From Eledone cirrhosa (Eukaryota), in the NCBI GenBank assembly GCA_964016885.1, contig OZ024756.1, positions 21,514,001 through 21,578,000 of the forward strand: a stretch of DNA of 64,000 bases, given 5' to 3'. Below, in pieces: positions 29,197 to 42,290 of the stretch. Position 1 is the first letter of the stretch. Every line of letters begins with the position of its first letter. The notes below the pieces were generated by a model, which was not told the DNA's origin, did no database searches, and saw only the letters and a list, made by a program, of their open reading frames with translations. The position numbers were made by a program, and so were the translations under genes.

Positions 29197-29199
<3 letters not shown>
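28749..29199 (+). mobile_element. Fold-back mini-element, family A; HHRs at 29006-29067 (+) and 28794-28855 (-)
   Basis: Arms ~28749-28924 and ~28938-29112 plus tail; ttttgt-CTGAAGA-agg...cct-GAAA-tatata-TA-atgaaa. Confidence 0.8.
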
Positions 29200-29240
<41 letters not shown>

Positions 29241-29244
<4 letters not shown>

Positions 29245-29475
29245 AGTACGTTTGTTTTGAAACAGCGAACGAGTTTGCAATAGAAATTAGAAGCTTTCGC
29301 TGTATTTTTGACTAAAGAAATTTTAGTCTGATAGTGGGGTCTAGAACCCTCTAAGAAATGAAAAAAGATGAATATTGACGTTTATGTACGTTAATACGCA
29401 TCTTTTACCATTTCTTAGAGTGTTCTAAACTCCGCTTTCAGGCTAACATTTCTTTAGTCAAAAATACGGCGGAAG
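29241..29475 (-). mobile_element. Fold-back insert, family D
   Basis: Imperfect arms centred at ~29385; (TA)n flanks. Confidence 0.7.
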
Positions 29476-29554
<79 letters not shown>

Positions 29555-29560
<6 letters not shown>

Positions 29561-30004
29561 AAATTTCGCTCTACATGGCTGAATACAATAAATGTAATCT
29601 GAGTTTTTCGAATGTTAATAATAACATTCGATTCGTTCGCAATTATGCAAACATGCCTCAATTTTATAGCCATGTCAGTAGAATGAAACCTTCATTATTG
29701 CTCTTGTGTTGGCATGCGAACAGAACTGCAGACACTGATGTTTCTGGGTGTCAGTCACTGTGTACTTTTGAAAATAGTATATATTTCCCTAGCTCTGACA
29801 GTTTGGCAGGTGAACAGTGAGCTGCACTGATGAAGGGTGATACCCAGAAACATTAGTGTCTGCAGTTCTGTTCGCATGCCAACACAAGAGCAAGAATGAA
29901 GTGTTCATTCTACTGACATGGCTATGAAATTGAGGCTTGTATGCATAATTGCAAACGAATCGAATGTTATTATTAATATTCGAAAAACTCAGATTACATT
30001 TATT
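29555..30004. mobile_element. Fold-back pLTR-like element with HHR at 29822-29865 (+)
   Basis: Arms 29588-29753 and 29838-30004; ctgca-CTGATGA-a gggt gat accc a-GAAA-ca ttag tg-TC-tgcag. Confidence 0.75.
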
Positions 30005-30417
30005 ATATATATATGTGTGTGTATGAAACTCGAGTAGGGGTATAGTTTGAAGGTACCCATTTATGTGTGTTGTATTGAAGCGAATAACTATGTGTCTAAT
30101 CTGGGATTTTACATAACATTACCTATTGAGTACGCTGAGATACAACCGGTACTAGCTGTGAAACCCATCCTAGTCTCGTCAACTTATATGTCTGTGTGTG
30201 CACACGAGTGTCGACTCGCAAGTTCATAGAATGATCAAAGGAGGTTTATTTTTCACCAATGTCCCTGAAAAAAAGAATGCAATTATTAATAAGAGTTGAA
30301 ATTAATGCATGCAAGATTTCACAGCTCTAGCCTCACTCCTTCAGCGTCAGCCTATAAAATCTTCAGCCAACGCTCGTATGTATTTGTGTATATATATATA
30401 TAAATAAATAATAATAA

Positions 30418-30605
30418 TCGTTTCTACTTTAGGCACAAGGCCAGCAATTATCCAGTACATTACTGGTACTTTATTTTATCGGCGCCGTAAGGATGAAAGG
30501 CAAAGTTGACCTTGGCGAGATTTGAACTCAGAATGGAAAGGGCCGTAACTCTATGCGTCAAAGCATGACGTCCGACCCTCTACCGATACTGCCAATCCAC
30601 CACCC
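30418..30605 (-). mobile_element. S1 SINE
   Basis: Match to S1. Confidence 0.9.
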
Positions 30606-30606
30606 T

Positions 30607-30785
30607 ATATAATAATAACATTAATAAAGATGCTGATGTTACATAAAAAAGTTTATTCATTATAATTCACATCAGCATCGTTATTAATGTTATTATACTG
30701 AATCTCCATCGTAACTACAAACAACGAGCTTTGAGAGCTTTCCCCTGCTTGCTCCTGTTTTTACCAAAACAATCTTTTCGGAACA
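30607..30785 (+). mobile_element. Short fold-back plus tail insert
   Basis: ataataacattaataaagatgctgatgt / acatcagcatcgttattaatgttattat hairpin; tail contains ttgagagctt. Confidence 0.5.
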
Positions 30786-30952
30786 TATATATATTTATAT
30801 ATACATAATTACATAAACGGAGAAAGCTATTAGCGATACTCCAACGAATTTCCAACTCACTCAACAAACATTAGGAAATACCGGAGTATATTCCAAATTA
30901 GACGTTTGGTGTGCCAACTATATTGTATTTTGTGGATAATTGGCTTAAATAA

Positions 30953-30995
<43 letters not shown>

Positions 30996-30998
<3 letters not shown>

Positions 30999-31278
30999 AA
31001 GTTTTATTTAAATTGTTGGGTTACAACGAGTAAATATTTATAACTGATATAAAAGCACTCGACAAGTATTTGGAGTATATTTACGATATTAAATAAATGG
31101 AAACTATATTTATAAAACCATATTTATTTCATTATATATATTTCAGGGATATCATATTAAAAATATGGTATGCCTTCTTCAGACAAAATACAATATAAAC
31201 AGTCTTATAAATAGATAGATTTGACATACCTTTCAACTTCAGCTTCCATTTAAAAAGTTGATTTGATCTAATATCGTA
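30996..31278 (-). mobile_element. Family A mini-element, HHR at 31127-31188
   Basis: Homologous to 28925-29199, with a tiny inverted remnant taatatcgta. Confidence 0.8.
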
Positions 31279-31292
31279 TATATATATATATG

Positions 31293-31486
31293 TTTATCCC
31301 TGGTTCAAACGAGGGCAATCACAGAAAGTAAGTTACTCAATACATAACAGAATATAAATATTTAATATGGAAATGGCTTCTACGGGACTAGAACTGTTTC
31401 ATTCGATGGAAATCACCAGGGCTTCCTGATGATTGCTCCAGAATGAAACAGTTCTAGTCCTGTAGAAGCCACTTCTATGTTAAACA
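31293..31486. mobile_element. Fold-back with back-to-back HHRs (31420-31470 +; 31375-31419 -)
   Basis: ggcttc-CTGATGA-ttgctccagaat-GAAA-cag ttctagtc ctg-TA-gaagcc; decayed relative at 35945-35996. Confidence 0.65.
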
Positions 31487-31934
31487 CAGACACACAGACA
31501 CACACACATATATATATATATATAGAAAACGCGTGTATGTGTACACCCCTGAGTATGCGTTACATGTATATATATATATATATATGTATGCTTTATCTAC
31601 ACTCGAAATGTATACACATTATTTTCTCTTTGTAATAATCCTACCCGCCGTACATACACCCACGACAAGAGGCGTACAATTGTAAGTGATCTGCTAAATA
31701 TCGATCAGTTTGAACTTCTGACTCAATCAATAAATATAAACAAACAAAACGAGAAACAATAGGAATTAAAATAAAATCTAGCAAAACACCAAAATAACAT
31801 CAAATAAAAATACTATAACATTATTTTATGAAGAATAAAAGGAATAATTATCATAGAGGAATTATGAAGCAATTTTCATTCTTTTTTTATTTCCTCGCAA
31901 ATTAAGTTTATTGCTACGTAATTATCTTATTTGG

Positions 31935-33049
31935 ATTTTTATATAAATATATATTTATATTATATCATGTATATAGATATATTTGTATTATATAATATAT
32001 ATATTTATATTATATTATGTGTATAGATATATTTGTATTATATAATATATATATTTATATTATATTATGTGTATAGATATATTTGTATTATATAATATAT
32101 ATATATATATTTATATAATATAATACATATATATATATATAATGTATTATATGTCTGTATGTATTATATGTCTGTATGTATTATATGTCTGTATGTATTA
32201 TATGTATGTATGTATTATATGTATGTATGTATTATATGTATGTGTGTATTATATGTATGTATTATATGTATGTATGTATTATATGTATGTGTGTATTATA
32301 TATATGTATGTATTATTTATATGTATGTATTATATGTATATATTATACATATGTATGTATTATATGTATGTATGTATGCATATGTTTGTATTATATTTAT
32401 GTATTATATATATGTAATACATTTATGTATTATATATATGTAATATATTTATGCATATATATATGTAATATATTTATATATTTATGCATATATATATATA
32501 TATTACATTTATGCATATATATATATATATATATATATATAACATTTATGCATATATATATATATATAACATTTATGCATATATATATATATATAACATT
32601 TATGCATATATATATATATATAACATTTATGCATATATATATATATATAACATTTATGCATATATATATATATAACATTTATGCATATATATATATATAA
32701 CATTTATGCATATATATATATATATAACATTTATGCATATATATATATATAACATTTATGCATATATATATATATATATATAACATTTATGCATATATAT
32801 ATATATATAACATTTATGCATATATATATATATATATATTACATGTATGCATATATATATATATTCCATTTATGTATATATATATATATATATATTACAT
32901 TTATGCATATGTATATATATATATATATATATATACATTTATGCATATGTATATATATATATATACATTTATACATATATATATATATATTATATTTATG
33001 TATGTATATATGTATTTGTATTATATATATATATGTATATATATGCATG

Positions 33050-33124
<75 letters not shown>

Positions 33125-33765
33125 ATATATTTGTATGATATGCTTATATGTGTGTGTGTGTGTATATATTTGTATGATATGCTTATATGTGTGTGTGTGT
33201 GTGTGTATATATTTGTATGATATGCTTATATGTGTGTGTGTGTGTGTGTGTATATATTTGTATGATATGCTTATATGTGTGTGTGTGTGTGTGTATATAT
33301 TTGTATGATATGCTTATATGTGTGTGTGTGTGTGTGTATATATTTGTATGATATGCTTATATGTATGTGTGTGTGTGTGTGTGTGTATATATTTGTATGA
33401 TATGCTTATATGTATATGTGTGTGTGTGTGTGTGTGTATATATTTGTATGATATGCTTATATGTATATGTGTGTGTGTGTGTGTGTGTATATATTTGTAT
33501 GATATGCTTATATGTATATGTGTGTGTGTGTGTGTGTGTATATATTTGTATGATATGCTTATATGTATATGTGTGTGTGTGTGTGTGTGTATATATTTGT
33601 ATGATATGCTTATATGTATATGTGTGTGTCTGTGTGTATATATATATTTGTATGACATGCTTATAGGTATATGTGTGCGTATGTGTGTCTGTGTGTGTGT
33701 GTATATATATTTGTATGATATGCTTATATGTATATATGTGTGTGTGTATATATATATATTTGTAT
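31935..33765. repeat. Microsatellite-derived minisatellites
   Basis: Units tataacatttatgcatatatata and gtgtgtatatatttgtatgatatgcttatat. Confidence 0.9.
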
Positions 33766-34159
33766 ACTGTACTCGTATATAATATAGTTTTGTATTGTCA
33801 ATTTATCTACTTTCTGGAGATATAGCTGATTATAATTAAGTTTATTCAGCTGTTGTTGTTTTGTAAATATAATTCTATCACATATATAGAGAGAAGCATT
33901 ACACACAGAAACACACACACACGTATAGATACACTCACACATGTACTCAATCATGCGCATATATATATATCTACGTTTGTATTTATATACACATATACGT
34001 GCATTAGCATACACACACACATATATATATATATATATTTATATGTATATATTTTTTTGGGGATCGATCGACTTTCGTCAAATCGGACCTAGGAAACAAT
34101 GTTTCCGTTGGTCTTTCCAATTGCTATTACTATCTATCGGTCGCAACTCCAGGTAGAAG

Positions 34160-34310
34160 GAGCAACGTGAAATAAAGTGTCTTGCTCAAGGACATAATGC
34201 ATCGCCCGGTCCAAGAATCGAACTCACAACCTCAAGATTGTGAATCCAATTCTCTAACCACTCTGCCACACGCCTTCACTATCTAACCACTCTGCCACAC
34301 GCCTTCACTA
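34160..34310 (-). mobile_element. CORE-type SINE 5' part with a duplicated head segment
   Basis: aaagtgtcttgctcaagg; B box aatcgaactc; tctaaccactctgccacacgccttcact occurs twice. Confidence 0.7.
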
Positions 34311-34389
34311 TATATATATATATTTACACACACACACACACATGTGTGTTTGCATCAACACATAAACACTGATATACGCATATATATAT

Positions 34390-35014
34390 ATCGTGAATGG
34401 TGGCCACATATATATCTGTGACTTTGTTTAGTTTGTATATATGTAAATCTTTATATTTAATAATCTCCCAGTAGGTTGAGATGCAATTTGGGCAATATTG
34501 GGTTGTGCTTTCTAGCAACCAGCCCACTCGCCGTAAGCAACTAATCACATTCTTTCTAACTTGGCCACAGCCACGTCACGATTCTTAGCCATTTTAAAAT
34601 CTATTTCTGGCGGGGATCGCTTTGGAAAATTACCTGTCCTATGAGTTTGTCTCCTGATGAGTTCGAAACTCGAGATTTTATCTTTAATAGGATATCTCAA
34701 AACGCGAACGAAACCCCAGGGTCGGGACATAATCGTGGTAAGAGTGTACGCATTTCTTCTAACTTTAAATGTATACCTAATTCTGTATGGTTGACGGTAT
34801 ATTTTGTCGATTTCTACATGCTGTTGAAATGTTGGGTAAATATTCCATTGCGGTCGGCCGCGAAGAGGCTGCTGTCGTTTGTTTATCAAATATTTCTTCA
34901 TAGGAGCCTTTATTCTTATAACCTGGTCTAATTGATTTTTTTTGTGGTTAATTATGCTAATTGGGAGAGGAAATGGTGTGTATATTTTATCAAATGATTC
35001 TATGGACATACTTT

Positions 35015-35018
<4 letters not shown>
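34390..35018 (+). mobile_element. Unclassified (TA)n-flanked repeat, family F (homologue 40211-40957, minus)
   Basis: Collinear similarity, e.g. tagcaaccagcc.actcgc, attcttagccatttt, gagtttgtctcCTGATGA.ttcGAAActcg. Confidence 0.65.
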
Positions 35019-35068
<50 letters not shown>

Positions 35069-35307
35069 TTCTGTGTTTTTACGTATATACATATATACGT
35101 GCAAATACACACTCACACACATACACACTCACACACACACACACCCACACCCACCCACACACGTGTGTGTGTGTTATTATTTTACTTGTTTCAGTGATTA
35201 GACTGCGAACAGGCTGGAGCAACACCTTGTTATAGTTCTTATTTTATCGATCTCATTTATTTCGAACCGTTAAGTAGGGTTCATAAACACGCACAAAACA
35301 CGCAGCT

Positions 35308-35373
<66 letters not shown>

Positions 35374-35995
35374 TAGGTGATTCAATGAATTACTGGTGTT
35401 GGTCTCAAAGCAAGCACTTTATGCACAGGCAATGTGTTTATATTAGATAAAAACGAGGAAGATTCGTTTACATGTATTTGATATTTATTGCGTATCGACC
35501 TTTTACGCGTGTTTCGCAGTTGATGGGCTCAAGGTCACCCATAGGAGTTATGGACACGACTCCACTATCGGTCACATAGGCTCTGAATGTAAAATGCTTA
35601 AAGCTTCTAAATTTTCAATAAATACACCCACACCAACAGCCACTGACACACGTACGATACCAAACTTTACGGCCAGTGCCTGACAGTTATCTGTCAAACA
35701 TAAATCCCATTTGTATTAAAGATATACGCCGAGAATGAATGTACCCTTTCAAGGCAATGGGCCTTCGTGTGTGTGTATGTGTGTGTACTTGCGCATGAAT
35801 ACATACTTGCGTATGAATACATACGTATGAATACGTACTTTTACATATATCTGTGTCCTTGTATTAGTGTGTACATATTTAAAGATATTTCTCAAAGAAC
35901 CCACGTTCTTTAAAATTCTTTGGTCAAATTTTACAATGTCAGCCGGCTTTCTTGATGATTTCTTAAGGATGAAACAGTTCTAGTTCTCTACAAGC

Positions 35996-36056
<61 letters not shown>

Positions 36057-36244
36057 TTGTTTTGCAAGGTTTTTGATATGAAATCGTGTGTTGAAACAAA
36101 GATTGCTATATTTGGGGAGAGTCATGTAATGATATTGCCAAAAACAGTGCGTGTGTTTACTATATATTTCTGGCAATATTATAACATAACCCCCCCCCCC
36201 CCCAAAAAAAAAAATACAATATATATATATATACATACATACAT

Positions 36245-36755
36245 ACATGATGGCTGCAAACTCTGTTAAGAGTATTGAAATCGCTTGTCAGATTACAGAA
36301 AACGGTGCACACGAACCTGTAACATATCCTGAACAAACAATGCCCGTGCTTTGGAGGTTTTTTAGATGGGGAAAGGCCTTGCACTCGACCAATCCCACTC
36401 TCTGAGCATCGAAAACACTACCCGAAAAGGAGAACTAGTCAACATCGTCGGATGCTTCCGAAGCCGCATGTTTTTTTTCAGAGTTTCCCTCTCCTAGAAA
36501 GGTTTTGTGACAACAACTGGGGGGCCTTTCATCCCCAGGTGAAAAAAGAAAAAATACTATTTGGATGGCCGTCGATTCTGCTGAGTTCCTGCGCCCTTTG
36601 CCGGATCTTGTATTTCATCCCGCAGGGTGACCAAATATCACCCTCCTCGCCAAGCTATCTTGGTGGGGTTGACGATTTAGTCGCCGACGACTCGACCATT
36701 AGACAGGTTGTACTGAGTTACATGTTACCAGTAGCACTCGAGAGCGACGTGACAT
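36245..36755 (-). mobile_element. Non-autonomous RTE-derived element (homologue 60418-61030)
   Basis: Shared leader tgctactggtaacatgta..aaccccaccaag..gaggagggtga..ctaggaga.ggaaactctga and 3' end gagt(t)gcagcca.cat(gtat)n. Confidence 0.6.
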
Positions 36756-37084
36756 ACATACACACATACATACATACATACATAGATAGATAGATAGATA
36801 GATAGATAGAGTCTGCTGCTGAGAGTAAAGAGTGTACTAATTATGGGAGTACTCAATGCATTCAGTATTTCATGTATGTATGTGTAGATTCTTGAGTCTT
36901 TTCCCTGTGAAGTGAAATATTCATCCTGCATGCTATAGGGTCAGTCACGCAGAGGTGACCAATCTACCTGTCGCCATTTTGATGCTGATGAAATATATAA
37001 GACCAATCAACTGCTGGAGTCCATTTAATCATGCATTAAGCTTATCGTTCACTTTTGTGGCCTTATGCCAATGTTGCAATCGAT

Positions 37085-37895
37085 CATCATCACCACCATC
37101 ATTACCATCACCTTCTCATCCTCATCCTTCTTTCTTTCTTTTTCTTTTCTTCTCCTCCTTTATTTTCTTTTTCGCCTTTTTCTTCTTTTCTTTTCTCTTC
37201 TTTTTGTCTTCTTTTCTTCTTATTCATCTGCTTCTTCTTCTTCTCTTCGTTTTCTTTCTCACTTTTTCTTCTGTTTTCTTCTTCTTTGCCTTCTTTGGCT
37301 TCTTCTTCTTCTTTGCCTTCTTTGCCTTCTTCTTCTTCTTCTGTTGTTATTACAGTTGGCTATGTTGTTCTGGATACAACGACCTGATGGCTAGGAGAAT
37401 GGTATAGCTAACGTTAGTGTGATGTAGGGGGTGATGGGGGAGGGGTTGATTGTGATAATAATGGTGATGATGATGTTGTTGATGATGGCTGTCATGATGA
37501 TGATGATGGTGGTGGTGGTGGTTGTAGGGATGGTATTGATGATGGTGGTGGTGGTTGTAGAGATGATGTTGATGATGATGATGGCGGCTGTCATGATGAT
37601 GGTGTTGACGATGGGGGCTATCATGTAGAGAAGATGGTGGCTGTGATGATGATGATGATGATGGTCGTGGTTGTAGGGATGGTATTGATGATGGTGGGGG
37701 TGGTTGTAGAGATGATGTTGATGATGATGATGGCGGCTGTCATAATGATGGTGTTGACGATGGTGAATATCATGTAGAGAAGATGGTAGCTGTGATGGTG
37801 ATGATGATGATGGTGGTGGTGATGGCTGTCACATTTATGATGGTGGTTGTCATGATGACGATGGTCATGATGTTAATGATGATGGTGGTTGTTAG
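37085..37895. repeat. (CTT)n and (GAT/GGT)n low-complexity repeats with a ~120-bp duplication
   Basis: Direct reading. Confidence 0.85.
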
Positions 37896-38011
37896 TTGAT
37901 TCTCTGCTATCTTTATATTCTTCTATACTAAGTATCTTGAACTCCGATGAGTGATGGTCCAACTGGTATAATCCTGATATATAAATAAATAAATAAATAT
38001 ATATATATATA

Positions 38012-38179
38012 TACACCGTATATGCCGACGTACAAGTCAACCTCTAGTTTTGTAGAGGTTTTTAGGCTCCTAATGTCGACTTGTACGCCGACACATACTG
38101 TATACATTGGATCGTCAAGTATGAAATTTGTAGAAAGTTTTTTTTTCTACAAATTTCTATAAATTTCATACTTGAAGAC

Positions 38180-38216
<37 letters not shown>

Positions 38217-38380
38217 CGTATATGCCGACGTACAAGTCAAACTCTAGTTTTGTAGAGGTTTTTAGGCTCCTAATATCGACTTGTACGCCGACACATACTG
38301 TATACATTGGATCGTCAAGTATGAAATTTGTAGAAAGTTTTTTTTTTCTACAAATTTCTATAAATTTCATACTTGACGAC

Positions 38381-38423
<43 letters not shown>

Positions 38424-38586
38424 CGTATATGCCGACGTACAAGTCAACCTCTAGTTTTGTAGAGGTTTTTAGGCTCCTAATGTCGACTTGTACGCCGACA
38501 CATACTGTATACATTGGATCGTCAAGTATGAAATTTGTAGAAAGTTTTTTTTTCTACAAATCTCTATAAATTTCATACTTGACGAC

Positions 38587-38590
<4 letters not shown>
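38012..38590. mobile_element. Tandem trimer of a double-hairpin (two-MITE-like) unit
   Basis: Three ~170-bp units separated by (TA)n; hairpin 1 ccgtatatgccgacgtacaagtc / gacttgtacgccgacacatactg; hairpin 2 ttggatcgtcaagtatgaaattt / aaatttcatacttgacgacccaa. Confidence 0.7.
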
Positions 38591-38632
<42 letters not shown>

Positions 38633-38635
<3 letters not shown>

Positions 38636-38899
38636 CTATCCAGCCAACCTCCAACCGTCAAGGTTGTTTTTCTACGGGTATGTCAACATTTATGAAACAT
38701 ATTTTGTAATTTATCTGATGAAAGCGCACCAAAATTGCCTTGGTTGCCCTTGAAGTATATATAATAAAATAATTATGGATTTATAAATATAGTTTCATTT
38801 ATTAATATATTGAACATTTACTCCAGTAACTGTTGAGTGCTTTATATCAGTTATAACACTTTTAAGCTTGTTGAATGCCAACAAATTAAATATAACTTC

Positions 38900-38903
<4 letters not shown>
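38633..38903 (+). mobile_element. Family A-related mini-element with decayed HHR at 38710-38768
   Basis: tttat-CTGATGA-aag...ctt-GAAG-tatata-TA-ataaa; ttgagtgctt..aaatataact 3' end. Confidence 0.65.
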
Positions 38904-38938
<35 letters not shown>

Positions 38939-39491
38939 GCGGATGGCAACTTCTTTTTCCGTCTTTAAGTTACTTCACCCTATTTTATAAGTTATTTTGT
39001 AGCGTCTCCAAGCATAAATACAGGACGCTTTATGTTGTATAGATATTTGTACGAGGGTGAGTTTGTGTAACATTTGGTTGTCTAAGTAGTCTTTACTTAA
39101 AGTTTTCAGTACATTTAATTAATGGAAACATAATTATTCAGCATTAATGAATAAAAATGAAATCAACTTAATGTGTATTGAGTACTCTATATTGATTATA
39201 TTATAAAGAAAATGAACTCTAATATTAAATATATTCACACACACACACAGAGGGGTGGATTTTTATAGGCAAATATGCATATATATATATATATACATAT
39301 ATTATACATATTTATATGCACACACACACACATATACATATATATGTATGTATGCTGTATATGTATATATATGTACATATATGCACATAAATATGTATGC
39401 TCTCTCTCTATATATATATATATGTACATACATGCACATAAATATGTATGCTATATATATATATACACATATATGAACATAAATATGTATG

Positions 39492-39527
<36 letters not shown>

Positions 39528-39570
39528 TCCTAAATATGTATGCTATATATATATGCATATAAATATGTAT

Positions 39571-39613
<43 letters not shown>

Positions 39614-40151
39614 TATATATATACACATATATATATATATATAACTTTCAATGAACTCTAAAATGCAACATTGCATTATTTCACTTCGACAAATAAATAT
39701 CAAATAGAGCTAATTACGTTTAATTAAAATTTTTAAATCAATGAAAGCAGACAAAAAAATATTAACATTCCGTGATGACGACATTTTGAATTATTTTCTA
39801 TCAAGATATATGCATCTCCTTCAACATGAACGAACATGCTATCTTAAAGTAATATTTTATCAACGAGTGCCTTTTACCATTAGCTATTAATGAAACATGT
39901 ACACACACATATACATTCATACATGCATATGTATGTATATATTGCAATTTATGTATATATTACAAGCAAACAGACACACGCACACACACATATATATATA
40001 TATACACACATATATATATACATATATATATATATATACACACATATATATATATATATACACATATATATACATACACACATACATATATATACACATA
40101 TATATACACACACATATATATATATACATATATATGTACACACACACAGAT

Positions 40152-40210
<59 letters not shown>

Positions 40211-40212
<2 letters not shown>

Positions 40213-40957
40213 AGAAAGTAAATCCATAGAATCATTAGATAAAATATATACAGTATTTCTTCTCCCAATCAGCATAATCAACCATACAAAAAATCATTTA
40301 AACGAGGCTATAAGTTTAAAATATACCCATGAAGAAATAATATATAAATAAATGATAGCTTTTTATCCGCGATTCACAGCTACAGAAGATTTACCTAGTA
40401 TTTCTGATAGCCTGTAGAAATTGACTAGACATACAGTTAACCATAAATAATTTGGTACGAAATCAAAGTTAGAAGAAAAAGTGTACATAAACATACCAAA
40501 ATCATCAAATATATCTCTACCCCCGGAGGTTTCATTCGCTTTTTGGAAATATCCGATCTTGGATAAATCAACGAGTTTCGAAATCATCAGGAGACAAACT
40601 CAATTGGACAAAGATTTTTCTTAAATGATCCCCGCCAGAAACGAATTCAAAATGGCTAAGAATTGTCACGTGGCTAGTGGTCAAATCAGAAAGCTTGTGA
40701 TTGGTGCCTGTCAGCGAGTAGGCTGGTTGCTAAGAAAGCGCAGCTGGATACTGCCTAAAGTTTTACTCAACCTTACGGGAGTATATAAGATTTAAAAGTT
40801 TACATATACATAAACTAGACAGAGCCATATGTATATATATGTTTTTCGCAACCATTCACGGTGTAGTTCAATGACGAATTAATTAATTAAATAATAAACA
40901 ATCAGAGCCATATATAAGAAAGTAAGTCCATAGAATCATTAGATAAAATATATACAG
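40211..40957 (-). mobile_element. Family F repeat with a ~42-bp terminal direct repeat
   Basis: aagaaagtaa(a/g)tccatagaatcattagataaaatatatacag at 40212 and 40916. Confidence 0.65.
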
Positions 40958-40997
40958 GCTACTACGGATATATCTGTTGCATGATTATATATATTAA

Positions 40998-41562
40998 GGG
41001 CGGTGAATTGGTATTATGGGTAGAGGGTTGGACGCTATGCGTTCTAGCATAGTTACGTCCCATTACGGTCTGAGTTCAAATCCCGTCGAGGTTGACTTTG
41101 CCTTTCATCCTTACGGGGTCGATAACATAAAGTACCAGTAATGTACTGGGTTATTGCTGGCCTTGTGCCCAAAGTAGAAACAATTATAATATATATTAAT
41201 CATGTTATACGCAACCTCCCCATCGTCCACAATATTTGGATTGAATTTATATAAGTTCTATCCAACTGATTGGCCAAGACTCAATCAAGAATCGAACACT
41301 GGTTCCTACAAAAGCTATCCTTTCTTTCTAGATCTTCTACCGTTACTGTAAGCCCCTCACTCTAGCCCCACATCTATTGTTCCTGATAATCTCAGTATCT
41401 TGATCTTCCTAATACAACCTTTTCTTCTCTTATTGCCCAATTAGCTGCATTATATAATTACCCAAGGTTAACTTTGCCTTTCTTCCTTACGGGGTCGATA
41501 AAATAAAGTACCAGTAAAGCACTGGGATAATTGCTGGCCTTGTGCCAAAAGTAGAAACAATT
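40998..41562 (+). mobile_element. S1 SINE copies (40998-41190; partial 41465-41562)
   Basis: Match to S1. Confidence 0.85.
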
Positions 41563-41639
41563 ATATAATTACCCAAATCTTCCACCTCATATCTACAACC
41601 TTCGTTTCAGCAGGCATTGACCTAAACATATTTCATAAT

Positions 41640-42290
41640 GAAGCCGCATGACCTAATGGATAGGATGCTTTCCGTACGATCGTAATGTCGTCGGTTCGAT
41701 TCCTGGACAGGGTGCTGCGTTGTGTTATTGAGCAAAGAACACTTTATTTCACGTTGCACTCAGTGAAGGCACATGGATTAGTGGTTAGAGAGTCAAGCTT
41801 ACAACCGTGTGGTTGCGAGTTCGATTCTCGGACCGGGCTTTGAGTTGTGTTCTTGAGCAAGACACTTTATTTCCCGTTGCTCCAGTTTACTTAGTTGTAG
41901 ACATGAGTGGCGACGTCACTTGTGACAAGCTGTATCGGACATTGCCTTTCTCTTAGATATCATTGGTGGCATGGAGAGCGGAGACTGGTATGCACGGGTG
42001 ACTGCTGGTCTTCCACGAACAACCTTGACTGGACTTGTGTCTCGGAGGGGAACTTTCAAGGTGCAAATCCCATGGTCATTCGGGCGGAAATGATTTTTTA
42101 CCTTTACCCTTTTACCGTACACACATTTGAGAGTGAGCACCAGCTGTAGCTGGGGAGTGAATCATGCGATATACTGACGTCCTATCTAGGGAAATATTTA
42201 TACTCTCAATCACTTAAACCCTAGGAAACGTGGGAGGATCACCGGCCTGATGAGCCTTCGGCTCAGAACAGACTTTAACTTTAGCTTTAT
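41640..42290 (+). mobile_element. Nested CORE-type SINEs
   Basis: Head plus CORE at 41640-41760, a second complete SINE at 41765-42120, then the tail of the first at 42140-42290 (like 20590-20730). Confidence 0.65.

Noticed and set aside
35499-35519. GAAA-cacgcg-TA followed by AATAAA on minus
   Set aside because: Only the 3' half of a hammerhead; no CUGANGA half found, so not called as a ribozyme
42225-42275. ctgatgagccttcggctc as a hammerhead
   Set aside because: Part of the SINE 3' tail (compare 20673-20725); no GAAA, stem III and cleavage triplet in the correct order
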